From contig NC_043002.1 of the NCBI RefSeq assembly GCF_006345805.1, positions 20,026,001 through 20,090,000 of the forward strand: a DNA stretch of 64,000 bases, in the 5' to 3' direction. Source of the stretch: Octopus sinensis. Its lineage: Eukaryota. Position 1 is the stretch's first letter. Each line of letters starts with the position of its first letter. Below the pieces are notes generated by a model. It was not told the DNA's origin, ran no database searches, and saw nothing but the letters and a program-made list of their open reading frames with translations. The translations under genes and the position numbers were made by a program. Positions 59,401 through 64,000 of the stretch are shown in pieces.

Positions 59401-62296
59401 TACAGGTTCAGTTGGATCCAAATTAAACTGGCAGTGTTTCTGGACAAATAGAAGAGAATAAGAATTTTGAAAACTATACAAAATAAGGTGACTTACTTTC
59501 CATTAACAAAGTTATTTTAATACCAAAAATAATGAAGGGCATCCAGCTGTAGAAACTCTGCCAGATCAGATTGGAGTCTGGTGCAGCCATCTGGTTAGCC
59601 AGACCTCAGTCAAATCGTCCCACCCATGCTAGCATGGAAAGCAGATGTTAAACAATGATGATGAAACTGGATCACAAACACACATAAGACTCCTGCCTCT
59701 TCATCACTCCTATTTCCTAATCTCTCTTCTTTCTACTACTAGAACAGACTGCATTGTTATCATCCGTCTTCACTCCAAACCCATTTGTCCTTCTCTAAGC
59801 CTACATAAAAGAGACTGGATTGAACCAGAAATATGAAGGGCGGAAGGGAGAGTGTTAGTTGATTAAAGTGATCTCAGTTCTTGAGGATGTAGCAGAGTCT
59901 GGGTGGGTGGGGTTGGACACAGCAAGAGTGATGGGATGAAGAGAAGCAAGTGGAATGGGAATGTCCAAGTGGAGGTGGTATGATCCCAGTCAACTCCAAG
60001 GAGACATTAGAACAGAGATAGAAAAGGCTGAGAGCAGAGACAATTTTCTGTTATGTTCCAAATATCATCACAATGAAAACCTGAGTCATTCTACTGAATC
60101 ACCCAAAATACTTAATTATTTTCCCAAAATAATGAAAATACATGGACTGTGTATTTCAATAGAAATAGAGTCATTATGGAGTAACATGGAAGTTCTCTAT
60201 ATATTCATGCGTTAGAAGTGCACAAGGTTACAAAATTTAATGCATTCATGCATGGGTTGGACAGTTCAACTGGGGTCTGGGAAGCCAGACTGGGTTTGGT
60301 GCAGCCTTCTGGCTTCTCAGATCCCAGTTGAACCGTCCAACCCATGCCAGCATGGAAAGCGGATGCTAAACGATGATGATGATGATGATGATGATACAAT
60401 CAATTTTAGGCATTACTCTGCTTATCAACAAGCTCTAAGGATGATTGCATAAAACCTTTAGAACTGAATGATATAATAATGTCTACCTTGCATATGACAA
60501 ATAGGTTTTAAGCAAGCACATACACACTTCACAACAAATTCGTTATACATTCTTTCGCTGGTTTCAGCCATTAGAGAGTGTGGCAATACTGGAACACAGG
60601 CACTAAACTCGAAAGAGTATTGAATGCAATGTAATCCAATACCATGATATATCAAGTTGTTTCATTCAAAACCATAAGGATTCTGCATGCAAGTACCTCA
60701 TATATAAATTAAAAGAAGACATAACATTATATAATTACCTTTAGTAGGCGTGCTGTACTCCATATAACAACATTACCATTCAAAGTGGATGTGGCAAAGA
60801 AATGTTTGCTGCTGGATGTACTAATACACTCAATCTGAAAGAAAACAAAGGAGAATGTCATGTTCCTTATACAATATGTTGCTCTTTTCATATCACCAAA
60901 TTTAGTCTTTTGGATTCTGCTTGTGCAGTATTACTGAAAATTTGGCTTGTTAAGTTCTTATAACCCTTCTTTGGCTATTTTACCAAAACTCAAGTTATTA
61001 TCACAATACATAAAAGTGTAAGAAATTGAAAAAAAAAAAAAAGGTGAAATTAAAGACAAAAGTTATTCAAAATAATAAATCAATGAATCATAGTTTTTTT
61101 AAACTTTGCAACTGAAATCTCACGTTATCTAAGGAAATCTAAATCTACCCCAGCACTTCCTTGGTAAATATTTTATCAACTCTGGAAAGATGTAGAATAA
61201 AGATAACTCAGCAAAATTTTAATTCAGAATACAAAATTATTAACCATAGTGCCAACAACCACCTTGAGCACCTTTTCTAGCTCCATGTGCCAAATACATG
61301 TGGGCATGCATACAAAGTCAGAAAACAGCACAGCTACCATGACTTTTGGAAACATTTTTTTCATACTCAGGGTTGCTGAAGCATGGAACAAACCATCTTC
61401 ATTAGATGTTAGTTGCCAAGACATCGCATCCTTTAAAACATCCATGCTTCCTGAAATTCCTCAACACGATGCCTGACATCCCTCCCCTCCATACGCAAGC
61501 ACACATGAATATCATGACTGTTCACTTTCCTGACTTTTGTACTAATTCTACGTACTGTACATGCACCTCTGATGAGTTGTAGTGCTCCTGAGCACTATAC
61601 ACAATAATTTCATTATTATTATTATAAAATCACAAGTACAACAAAGCTCTTTCTCTGCATTCCATTGTACTTCTCTAACAGTATCCTCTAATAGACAACC
61701 TAAGCACAAGGCATTTGAGGAATTGGGGGTATAATTGATTTAACCAAGCCCAATATTCAATGGTGTTTATTGTATTGATGATGCCAATGATATTTGAACC
61801 TAGGAATGTATTGGGACATGAACATGTTAAAGAATTTTGTCTGATGTCTACCCAGTCTTCTAATCTAATGAAACAAAGAGAATTAATGACAAATTTGATA
61901 TCTTACTTTGTCTGTTGGTTCACCATGTAATAGAGCTGGCTGTGTTGCATAAGTTACTGCAATCAAATGAAACAAAAACATGAGTATACACTTGGGTTCA
62001 GTCATAATTAAAGAAAGAAAAAGAATTACTAAAAAAAAAAAAAAACTTAATACTCTAAAAGACTAAGATATTGACTAAAGACAAGTCATTTGGTTTGGAA
62101 TTCAAATGTATGCAGAAAATAATTGAAAAATTAAAAGAAAAGCAAAACAAAGTAAAAAGAAAGCTTTTGGAGAAAAAAAAGAGAAAGGTTTTCTGTTTGA
62201 CTCAATACAAATGCATACAAACCTAAAAGTGGGACGTTTTGTGTATACTCTCCTTTCACAAAAGGACAAGATGTTGAATGTCTTTCGTGTTCAGAC
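872..62296 (-). CDS. BIRC6: BIRC6/BRUCE/Apollon, internal 46 coding exons (gene is 5'- and 3'-partial in this window), ~4,097 codons
   Basis: 46 GT-AG exons join in consistent phase (12,292 nt). Peptides match recalled metazoan BIRC6 motifs in order: BIR end SEHERHSTSCPFVKGEYTQNVP, QQEQQQRRHPQHL, TWDEHLFELVLP, LLEVEPLHF, ERMHSGARRFV, WGGPWA, CFGGLFA, PPHRRARSAAWSY, GGLALLAEHLP, FGLFLRLPGYADVLL, ILACLSVLSHHGPR. Confidence 0.97.
1767..1980 (-). CDS. BIRC6: BIRC6 exon w45 (214 nt)
   Basis: IPPHSLIAFGLFLRLPGYADVLLQERKKAQCLLRLVLGVTDDGDG; phase 0 to 1. Confidence 0.96.
2358..2395. repeat. 19-bp tandem duplication
   Basis: CACCAAGGGTGGTACAATT CACCAAGGGTGGTACAATG. Confidence 0.9.
2748..2980 (-). 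CDS. BIRC6: BIRC6 exon w44 (233 nt)
   Basis: FPSALQVFASVGGLALLAEHLPVLY; phase 1 to 0. Confidence 0.95.
3464..3607 (-). CDS. BIRC6: BIRC6 exon w43 (144 nt)
   Basis: GQPLPAELTLSQLLVILQEKGYPQG; phase 1 to 1. Confidence 0.93.
3800..4129 (+). mobile_element. 5'-truncated RTE LINE 3' end
   Basis: LGLMEAMTSDQDLWQYTVLEKSCQVK* then a UTR with GGGCATCCAGCT...CCATGCCAGCATGGAAAACGGACGTTAAA and a (GAT)n tail. Confidence 0.78.
4458..4616 (-). CDS. BIRC6: BIRC6 exon w42 (159 nt)
   Basis: GLLAKERREKN...PPRLPPRARG...LSLYHNLLP; phase 1 to 1. Confidence 0.88.
5428..5620 (-). mobile_element. Mariner 3'-end remnant (Hsmar1/cecropia-like)
   Basis: 5505-5618 minus encodes AFKDFIAISTQDFYAIGINKLVSRWQKCVDFDGVYFD*, followed by AATAAA and a TIR-like end. 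Confidence 0.85.
5901..6023 (-). CDS. BIRC6: BIRC6 exon w41 (123 nt)
   Basis: DHTGHMAQFWDG...EVVDFLSNAA; CAG/GTGAG, phase 1 to 1; not in ORF track. Confidence 0.87.
7586..7822 (-). CDS. BIRC6: BIRC6 exon w40 (237 nt)
   Basis: LSGFTRRMFLQVLLEEPKILV...HPCFGAGRH; phase 1 to 1. Confidence 0.94.
7985..8430 (-). mobile_element. Decayed RTE-clade LINE, ORF C-terminal fragment
   Basis: Minus-strand remnants across frameshifts: KLYDAC..VLLH, LREKLGI, GVKKC..VERICRRG. Confidence 0.7.
8559..8694 (-). CDS. BIRC6: BIRC6 exon w39 (136 nt)
   Basis: MMTAEERAAIETVVITFF...CHSQNQHLFARVLCEV; phase 0 to 1. Confidence 0.94.
8725..8905 (-). mobile_element. RTE 3'-UTR fragment, ~30 bp from an acceptor
   Basis: (CAT)n...CCATGCTGGCATAGGTT...TTTACATGGCACCAGCAC. 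Confidence 0.6.
9042..9271 (-). mobile_element. Full-length tRNA-headed SINE (family A) with 18-bp TSD
   Basis: Minus strand GAGCTGGCAGAAAC...GTTCAAATTCC (A/B-box-like) and AATAAAGAAATA tail; TSD TTATGGTATTAAGTTTAT at 9024-9041 and 9272-9289. Decayed relatives near 355-575, 1335-1490, 17380-17510, 30140-30320. Confidence 0.88.
9609..9820 (-). CDS. BIRC6: BIRC6 exon w38 (212 nt)
   Basis: TNGLTVTADLVAAILGFFAE...IKDWMGSAEGSIFWPVLLTLLC; phase 1 to 0. Confidence 0.94.
10819..10843. repeat. (CA)n microsatellite
   Basis: Directly visible. Confidence 0.9.
11313..11878 (-). CDS. BIRC6: BIRC6 exon w37 (566 nt)
   Basis: SVYEWS...LKRAVDNVLCSVCYIYP...SISDDCKD...CQSPGAVQQLL; phase 2 to 1. Confidence 0.95.
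12994..13224 (-). CDS. BIRC6: BIRC6 exon w36 (231 nt)
   Basis: RLKALIVWLGDSA...PAAPHVHCIAAILWYS...ITPQLF; phase 2 to 2. Confidence 0.94.
13415..13797 (+). mobile_element. Non-autonomous Helitron (~383 bp)
   Basis: A|TCTTTATATATAAAA 5' end; subterminal hairpin CCTGAGCAACGCCAGG then CTAG|T; inserted between A and T with no TSD. Confidence 0.82.
14224..14329 (-). CDS. BIRC6: BIRC6 exon w35 (106 nt)
   Basis: DDSVSFMGKVSGVANDSTIEILYQLGTLQDSGTPA; phase 1 to 2. Confidence 0.92.
15347..15585 (-). CDS. BIRC6: BIRC6 exon w34 (239 nt)
   Basis: SLGWVQLLQHCL...LLTTCTALLVSP...LETVLLKLGL; phase 2 to 1. Confidence 0.94.
15960..16165 (-). mobile_element. SINE family A copy
   Basis: Same GAAGGATGAAAGGCAAAGTTGACC..GAACTCAGAA core as 9042-9271, with a (TAA)n tail. 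Confidence 0.8.
16296..16572 (-). CDS. BIRC6: BIRC6 exon w33 (277 nt)
   Basis: TCPSYVSLEVSHDG...IRLHRARDSMTIGLSQILLMG; phase 1 to 2. Confidence 0.95.
16864..17064 (-). CDS. BIRC6: BIRC6 exon w32 (201 nt)
   Basis: GSISSSSPTATPAEVLIQASPPHRRARSAAWSYHF...; phase 1 to 1. Confidence 0.96.
17930..18124 (-). CDS. BIRC6: BIRC6 exon w31 (195 nt)
   Basis: GAVDVICNNLV...SPGLISTMMQ...LQNFAPL; phase 1 to 1. Confidence 0.94.
19342..20312 (-). CDS. BIRC6: BIRC6 exon w30 (971 nt)
   Basis: RGAFYNSSGPLDAQC...ARFCFGGLFASL...PLSVGDGVYQIL...LSDPLLWFILKVL; phase 2 to 1. Confidence 0.95.
20591..20712 (-). CDS. BIRC6: BIRC6 exon w29 (122 nt)
   Basis: VGPSAAKAFYEFLQRLEV...KELLLKLVYVLTAD; phase 0 to 2. Confidence 0.93.
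20962..22243 (+). mobile_element. Full-length (~1.28 kb) decayed mariner DNA transposon with transposase pseudogene (~21150-22165)
   Basis: Imperfect TIRs (AAAAAGTTTGTGCACCGTGTTAAAATAATG left; CATTATTTTAACACAGCGCACAAACTTTTT right, then TA). HTH start ...AAKAICDVEGEG...TAQKWFKHF..GDLDLED; FQQHNAKPH; HPTYSPDVAPSDYGLF; end WQKVVENDGLYFEE*. Stops, frameshifts and a catalytic D changed to H. Confidence 0.93.
22615..23061 (-). CDS. BIRC6: BIRC6 exon w28 (447 nt)
   Basis: TTSSAGML...LDTLLQLWLMLN...RTWVLAFQTLTLL...LIRFLS; phase 0 to 0. Confidence 0.94.
23292..23536 (+). mobile_element. RTE 3'-UTR copy
   Basis: Two GGTGGCAC(G/A)TAAAAAGCACC units, conserved core, GATGATG tail. Confidence 0.82.
23861..24013 (-). 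CDS. BIRC6: BIRC6 exon w27 (153 nt)
   Basis: VMLSYQMVSVQGAFNARLPLAPP...CTSPTQ; CAG/GTATG, phase 0 to 0. Confidence 0.85.
24325..24581 (+). mobile_element. RTE 3'-UTR copy
   Basis: Near-identical to 23292-23536; (GAT)5 tail. Confidence 0.82.
25781..25988 (-). CDS. BIRC6: BIRC6 exon w26 (208 nt)
   Basis: YLPVDS...GLSAAVDFRLELGLQLQAELGLR; phase 2 to 0. Confidence 0.9.
26607..26820 (-). CDS. BIRC6: BIRC6 exon w25 (214 nt)
   Basis: DSELGQSKES...LEENEYDDDAAAKFQEF...DALA; open frame, TAG/GTAAG, phase 1 to 2 needed to bridge neighbours; not in ORF track. Confidence 0.85.
27551..27771. mobile_element. Decayed piggyBac-type MITE (tentative)
   Basis: AAAA|CCCTTTTGATGCCA ... TGGTAGCAAATGGG|TCAA: CCC/GGG ends with degenerate TTAA-like flanks. 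Confidence 0.45.
27811..28196 (-). mobile_element. RTE 3' end with internal ~40-bp tandem units
   Basis: LGFTEA / QGLWHHVVLEKKTHQTK C-terminus, same UTR core, (CAT)n on + strand. Confidence 0.8.
28501..28650 (-). CDS. BIRC6: BIRC6 exon w24 (150 nt)
   Basis: GERLYPASSPLEG...AIDAT; phase 1 to 1. Confidence 0.88.
29180..29363 (-). CDS. BIRC6: BIRC6 exon w23 (184 nt)
   Basis: VLARICLATRPAI...DFNHGTVAWGGPWAGHAITCLLQDILD; phase 0 to 1. Confidence 0.95.
30515..30943. mobile_element. MITE copy 1 (429 bp), ~28-bp TIRs starting GG, 8-bp TSD GAGAAAAC
   Basis: GGATCTTTTCGGTTTGAACGG...CCGTTCAAACCGAAAAGATCC; TSD at 30507-30514 and 30944-30951; internal CCCTAA-like array. Confidence 0.92.
30986..31192 (-). 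CDS. BIRC6: BIRC6 exon w22 (207 nt)
   Basis: IRKTDGEH...LPRERCLPVVRGLVTLILSMDSTCSVDLFLVASK; phase 0 to 0. Confidence 0.92.
32037..32096. repeat. (TA)n microsatellite
   Basis: Directly visible. Confidence 0.95.
32289..32372. repeat. Near-perfect 84-bp palindrome (40-bp arms, 4-nt loop)
   Basis: TGATAATTTGCATAACAAGAATATATATTTAGCATTTTAC-tggt-GTAAAATGCTCAATATATATTCCTGTTATGCAAATTATCA; 38/40 paired. Confidence 0.93.
32494..32768 (-). CDS. BIRC6: BIRC6 exon w21 (275 nt)
   Basis: GTYLPNRWSFLQGDM...YRRCLQKRIFHHKQKL...SQYASK; phase 1 to 0. Confidence 0.9.
33862..33984 (-). CDS. BIRC6: BIRC6 exon w20 (123 nt)
   Basis: GSVDLTLVGWILLFLCRNLD...KDKDN; phase 1 to 1. Confidence 0.92.
35337..35482 (-). CDS. 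BIRC6: BIRC6 exon w19 (146 nt)
   Basis: RVFVLLTALGQKSLMGPMAVNILESLLGML...; phase 2 to 1. Confidence 0.93.
35903..36056 (-). mobile_element. RTE 3'-UTR copy
   Basis: CATCATCATTTAGCATCCGTTGTCCATGCTGGCATGGGTTGG...GGATGCCCTTCCTAAC. Confidence 0.78.
36693..37029 (-). CDS. BIRC6: BIRC6 exon w18 (337 nt)
   Basis: DSECT...STDKLRFLLECLLETL...GMLLVRVCGTQPWWGKFL...VFPQD; phase 1 to 2. Confidence 0.95.
37582..38001. mobile_element. MITE copy 2 (420 bp), same family and orientation, 8-bp TSD AAAAAATT
   Basis: Near-identical to 30515-30943; TSD at 37574-37581 and 38002-38009. Confidence 0.92.
38035..38518 (-). CDS. BIRC6: BIRC6 exon w17 (484 nt)
   Basis: ITTIGRYGGSATRSKIPVGSFYG...LEDIQCRYSL...YNDCLQLQLQLNL; phase 0 to 1. 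Confidence 0.95.
39240..39454 (-). CDS. BIRC6: BIRC6 exon w16 (215 nt)
   Basis: GARRFVILDLGKPVLLTDVIIPACADLASLSIDVW...PPPICRYLK; phase 1 to 0. Confidence 0.96.
39880..39988 (-). CDS. BIRC6: BIRC6 exon w15 (109 nt)
   Basis: ...LLQPPSPQVLVVERMHS; phase 0 to 1. Confidence 0.94.
40214..40967 (-). CDS. BIRC6: BIRC6 exon w14 (754 nt)
   Basis: YGLQGHPFDPDLFD...LLEVEPLHFTCHATSDSTKMERLD...FMTPPLSPPNE; phase 2 to 0. Confidence 0.95.
41310..41490 (+). mobile_element. Penelope-like pseudo-LTR fragment between (TA)n tracts (tentative)
   Basis: Contains GAAGAGCATAGGCTCGAAAC, a hammerhead-core-like motif of the kind found in PLE termini; TA microsatellite on both sides. Confidence 0.5.
41488..41581. repeat. 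(TA)n microsatellite interrupted by a second TCTCCC
   Basis: Directly visible. Confidence 0.95.
42699..42953 (-). CDS. BIRC6: BIRC6 exon w13 (255 nt)
   Basis: LCKSSPDP...YSAGALRWFFTLLN...LHSLLKAR; phase 2 to 2. Confidence 0.94.
42990..43042 (-). repeat. Inverted 53-bp copy of 41228-41281, flanked by a 25/26-bp direct duplication
   Basis: Reverse complement equals 41228-41281 except for one A; flanks are 42967-42992 and 43045-43069. Confidence 0.93.
44714..44839 (-). CDS. BIRC6: BIRC6 exon w12 (126 nt)
   Basis: IPDCTVLVTVKKELLSLVKACFIHGTRTTAHKASRLLVLCM; phase 2 to 2. Confidence 0.92.
45406..45576 (-). CDS. BIRC6: BIRC6 exon w11 (171 nt)
   Basis: RWHRNMMIESADFHENLL...ENLALDILCWVTAVQ; phase 2 to 2. 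Confidence 0.92.
46919..47154 (-). CDS. BIRC6: BIRC6 exon w10 (236 nt)
   Basis: ASENKKK...GCDWIQELSITVRKTKKTRVPKE; phase 0 to 2. Confidence 0.92.
47335..47580 (-). mobile_element. RTE 3'-UTR copy
   Basis: CATCATCATCGTTTAACGTCC...; two GAATGCCCTTC..CCAACCAC units. Confidence 0.72.
47950..48136 (+). mobile_element. RTE 3'-UTR copy (diverged)
   Basis: GTGGTTGGCAATAAGAAGGGCATC...CATCCAACCCATACCAGCATGGAAAGTG. Confidence 0.65.
48152..48812 (-). CDS. BIRC6: BIRC6 exon w9 (661 nt)
   Basis: SNTWDEHLFELVLPRPCTVGHIDVKF...ILCGPL...LVTLTSPQL...SFLLHIK; phase 2 to 0. Confidence 0.95.
49423..49642 (-). CDS. BIRC6: BIRC6 exon w8 (220 nt)
   Basis: FENLMPRFSATVSPCWAEIQQEQQQRRHPQHLQQQGEATQHTRTWKLQPE; phase 1 to 2. 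Confidence 0.95.
50197..50388 (-). CDS. BIRC6: BIRC6 exon w7 (192 nt)
   Basis: GLDRLCACTMGGKLHFYQL...; phase 1 to 1. Confidence 0.93.
51030..51323 (-). mobile_element. tRNA-headed SINE (family B), 3'-truncated
   Basis: Minus-strand head GGAGTGGCTGTGTGG...GGTTCAGTCCCA (A/B boxes), central TA/CA microsatellite. Confidence 0.85.
51122..53455. repeat. Direct tandem duplication, period 1,154 bp, intronic
   Basis: ORF pairs 51422/52576 and 51809/52963 are offset by 1,154; one substitution seen (51552 T vs 52706 C). Confidence 0.95.
52085..52477 (-). mobile_element. SINE family B, chimeric copy at the duplication junction
   Basis: Left half identical to the 53239 copy, right half identical to the 51030 copy. 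Confidence 0.88.
53239..53661 (-). mobile_element. SINE family B, full length
   Basis: Head GGCGCAGGAGTGGCTGTGTGG, tail AAGTAAAAAGAGTAAAAGAG. Confidence 0.88.
53915..54110 (-). mobile_element. RTE 3'-UTR copy
   Basis: CATCATCATTTCATGTCCATTTTCCATGCTGGCATGGGTTGG...GGATGCCCTTTCTAACACCAACC. Confidence 0.75.
54369..55736 (-). CDS. BIRC6: BIRC6 exon w6 (1,368 nt, largest)
   Basis: Core of the 479-aa ORF: DQKCWKQ...PSLVCGVSLR...ILQCVELP...GTILVYRL...DKFTSLTCCT; TAG/GTATG, phase 1 to 1. Confidence 0.93.
56313..56657 (+). mobile_element. RTE 3'-UTR copy with three ~66-bp tandem units
   Basis: Three GGTCGATGCCAGT...TAAAAAGCACC units, then the conserved core and GGACGTTAAACAACGAT. Confidence 0.82.
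56777..56845. repeat. Intronic partial copy of exon w6 sequence (55590-55680)
   Basis: Direct match with a 21-bp internal gap, one 1-bp gap and one substitution. Confidence 0.9.
57585..57724 (-). CDS. BIRC6: BIRC6 exon w5 (140 nt; TAGCAG tandem acceptor could add 3 nt)
   Basis: MDQQLKTERDRCPNELL...SDELYTR; phase 2 to 1 bridges its neighbours exactly. Confidence 0.82.
58990..59288 (+). mobile_element. SINE family B, opposite orientation
   Basis: GTGTGGTAAGAAGCTTGCTTCCCAACCACATGG...GGGTTCAG...AAGTACTAGGCTTACAAAGAATAAGTCC...CCAGCATGGCTGCAGTCAAA. Confidence 0.85.
59324..59439 (-). CDS. BIRC6: BIRC6 exon w4 (116 nt)
   Basis: KHCQFNLDPTEPVVAAKTGVQFEMEPIPTVDVDSRHKS, CAG/GTAAG, phase 0 to 2. Confidence 0.88.
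59535..59663 (+). mobile_element. RTE 3'-UTR copy (short)
   Basis: GAAGGGCATCCAGCTGTAGAAAC...CCCATGCTAGCATGGAAAGCAGATGTTAAACAATGATGATG. Confidence 0.8.
60245..60394 (+). mobile_element. RTE 3' end with a 5' inversion forming a hairpin
   Basis: Arms 60250-60289 and 60308-60347 are reverse complements (37/40); (GAT)n tail. Confidence 0.85.
60739..60834 (-). CDS. BIRC6: BIRC6 exon w3 (96 nt)
   Basis: IECISTSSSKHFFATSTLNGNVVIWSTARLLK (beta-propeller-like), phase 0 to 0. Confidence 0.9.
61250..61625 (+). mobile_element. CR1/L2-type LINE 3' fragment
   Basis: FFILRVAEAWNK...SCQDIASFK C-terminal motif; 3' stem-loop TAGTGCTC-CT-GAGCACTA; (ATT)n tail. Confidence 0.75.
61907..61956 (-). CDS. BIRC6: BIRC6 exon w2 (50 nt)
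   Basis: CAG/GTAAG; VTYATQPALLHGEPTDK, phase 1 to 0; not in ORF track. Confidence 0.9.
62223..62296 (-). CDS. BIRC6: BIRC6 exon w1 (74 nt): end of BIR domain
   Basis: CAG|G...G|GT; (W)SEHERHSTSCPFVKGEYTQNVPLL carries the His and last Cys zinc ligands of the BIR domain. Confidence 0.95.
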
Positions 62297-64000
62297 CTGG
62301 AAATAAATAGATATATATATATATTATATACATACATACACACACATTATATATACATATAGGCAAGATGGTGAGATGATGTAAGAGCAGTTTCTATGGC
62401 ACTGAGGTAGATCCGGCCACCTCCATTAACAGGGACAAAAACCCAGATATAAAATGCTGGATGATGATGATACACACACACACACACACACAGAAGACAG
62501 AGGGAGAGAGGAAGACAGAAAAATTAATTAAAAACATAAATGACAAAATAACACAAAAAGTGAACATTATAACAATTTATCAAAAAACCAACTTGAACAC
62601 CAATCTCTAAGTTACTAGCTAAACTTTATAAAATATATTTCTAATCTGTTTGTTGAAATTAAAAATAAAAACAAATGGTGTTAACTTGTTTGTTAAATTA
62701 CAAGACTTGTGGTGTGGCTAAGTGGCTGGAATACAGAACACAAAATCTTTTACATGTTATGCTGCAGTCCTTGTATTAAAAAACCCTTCTCCACCTTCAA
62801 CACACACACAAGTTTCACTACTCTACTCACTCTATGTTATCTAATACAACTCTTTATTCCACAGTTCAGTGGTTATTACCTGAACAGAGCTGATATATAC
62901 CTAGACAACTCTAGCAGCTCCTGCTATACATCAAGTATATCATGGTACTTGCAGACACAGATATACAACTATTCTGCAACTATATCAATCATTTTGTAAT
63001 TTATATATTTTCTATCAGTTTTCATGTTATACTGAAGCTCATTGGTAAAGTAAAAGACATTACATTCTTCTTCCACTTCTAAAATTACAGGTTTCTTTGA
63101 ATAAGATACACACTTGATGGTGGAAGACTGCACAACCAGTTTTAACATGGGAACTAATACTCACCAGGAACTAAACTCATACCAGAATCAGATCCCCTAT
63201 ACAAAAAGCCAAGATGATCAATAGGATCTCACATACACTCAAAACTAGAATCTGGCAGTCAACTGGCCATCTTCAAAAGGCAAGATCAACAGACAAAAGA
63301 GACCTTAAGCTCTAGTACTATAGTAGCTTCTTGTAGAATTTCACAAACTAACACTGATCTGGTTCCTCCTTACTGCTATAGCTACACGTACTTTTGGTTT
63401 CCATTTACAAATCATTGAACAAAATATGAAGATCAGGCCTTCTCTATGTGTGAAAATGCAATTTAGTGTAAAAATAATTCTTGATTTAAAAAAAATTTTT
63501 GCTACAGTTGCTAACAATTACCACTCTTTTGTAGTGTTCAGTACACCACCAAATACTTGATTTAACTAAAATCATGCCATTAGCCCACTTTTTGTAATTA
63601 TACAACTTGCAGACAAAAATCTTTGTATTGTTTTTTTTACACTTATTAAAATCTTTGTGCACTGATCAGAGCAGAGTTAAGAAAACTATGACTGCCCGAT
63701 AAGATTTAAAAAGACCAAAACATGTAAATAGCTATTAACTTGCCTACTAACAAAGATCAGATTTTTTTTTCTGTAAGCATATAAATTCAATTTTCTGTGA
63801 AACTGATTCTTAATTCCTTGAAATTCTTTTCCCATTTTCCTTGAGAGTTGCTAGCAATTACTATCAGGGTTTTGTTTGCTTTCCCCAACTAAGGGGCATA
63901 TTTCAATCCACTGTGAATTTTAGCATACATCATTGAATACATTGTTACCTAACTACAAGATCTAGCAAAGATTCAGCACTGTACAACCACAACAATAAAC

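Noticed and set aside
61569-61600. CTGATGAG followed by a stem-loop, as a hammerhead
   Set aside because: No GAAA after the stem; it fits the ordinary 3' stem-loop of a CR1/L2 LINE.
62297-64000. Expected upstream BIR exon (ending ...EPW)
   Set aside because: No matching exon found; the GTGAG donor-like site near 63160 gives no BIR peptide. The exon is presumably beyond the window.

Overview
AT-rich, microsatellite- and retroposon-rich eukaryotic genomic DNA. The repeat families suggest an octopus (coleoid cephalopod) genome; this is an inference, not a database result. The whole window lies inside one minus-strand gene, BIRC6 (BRUCE/Apollon, the giant IAP-family E2/E3 ubiquitin ligase). I traced 46 GT-AG coding exons from 62296 down to 872. 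They splice in consistent phase into 12,292 nt (1 nt plus 4,097 codons). The chain starts in the C-terminal half of the BIR domain and stops before the UBC domain; both gene ends are outside the window. The introns hold a decayed full-length mariner, an Hsmar1-like mariner 3' remnant, two copies of a MITE with 8-bp TSDs, a non-autonomous Helitron, tRNA-headed SINEs, many 5'-truncated RTE LINE ends, a CR1-like 3' end and Penelope-like fragments. I found no convincing new protein system. The most interesting signals are structural: two locally templated insertions (one makes a near-perfect inverted repeat around an in-frame exon), a 1,154-bp tandem duplication with a chimeric SINE at its junction, nested inverted retroposons around the largest exon, two 40-bp-stem intronic hairpins, a hammerhead-like motif and a possible slid splice acceptor. 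Coordinates were counted by hand; repeat boundaries are approximate.
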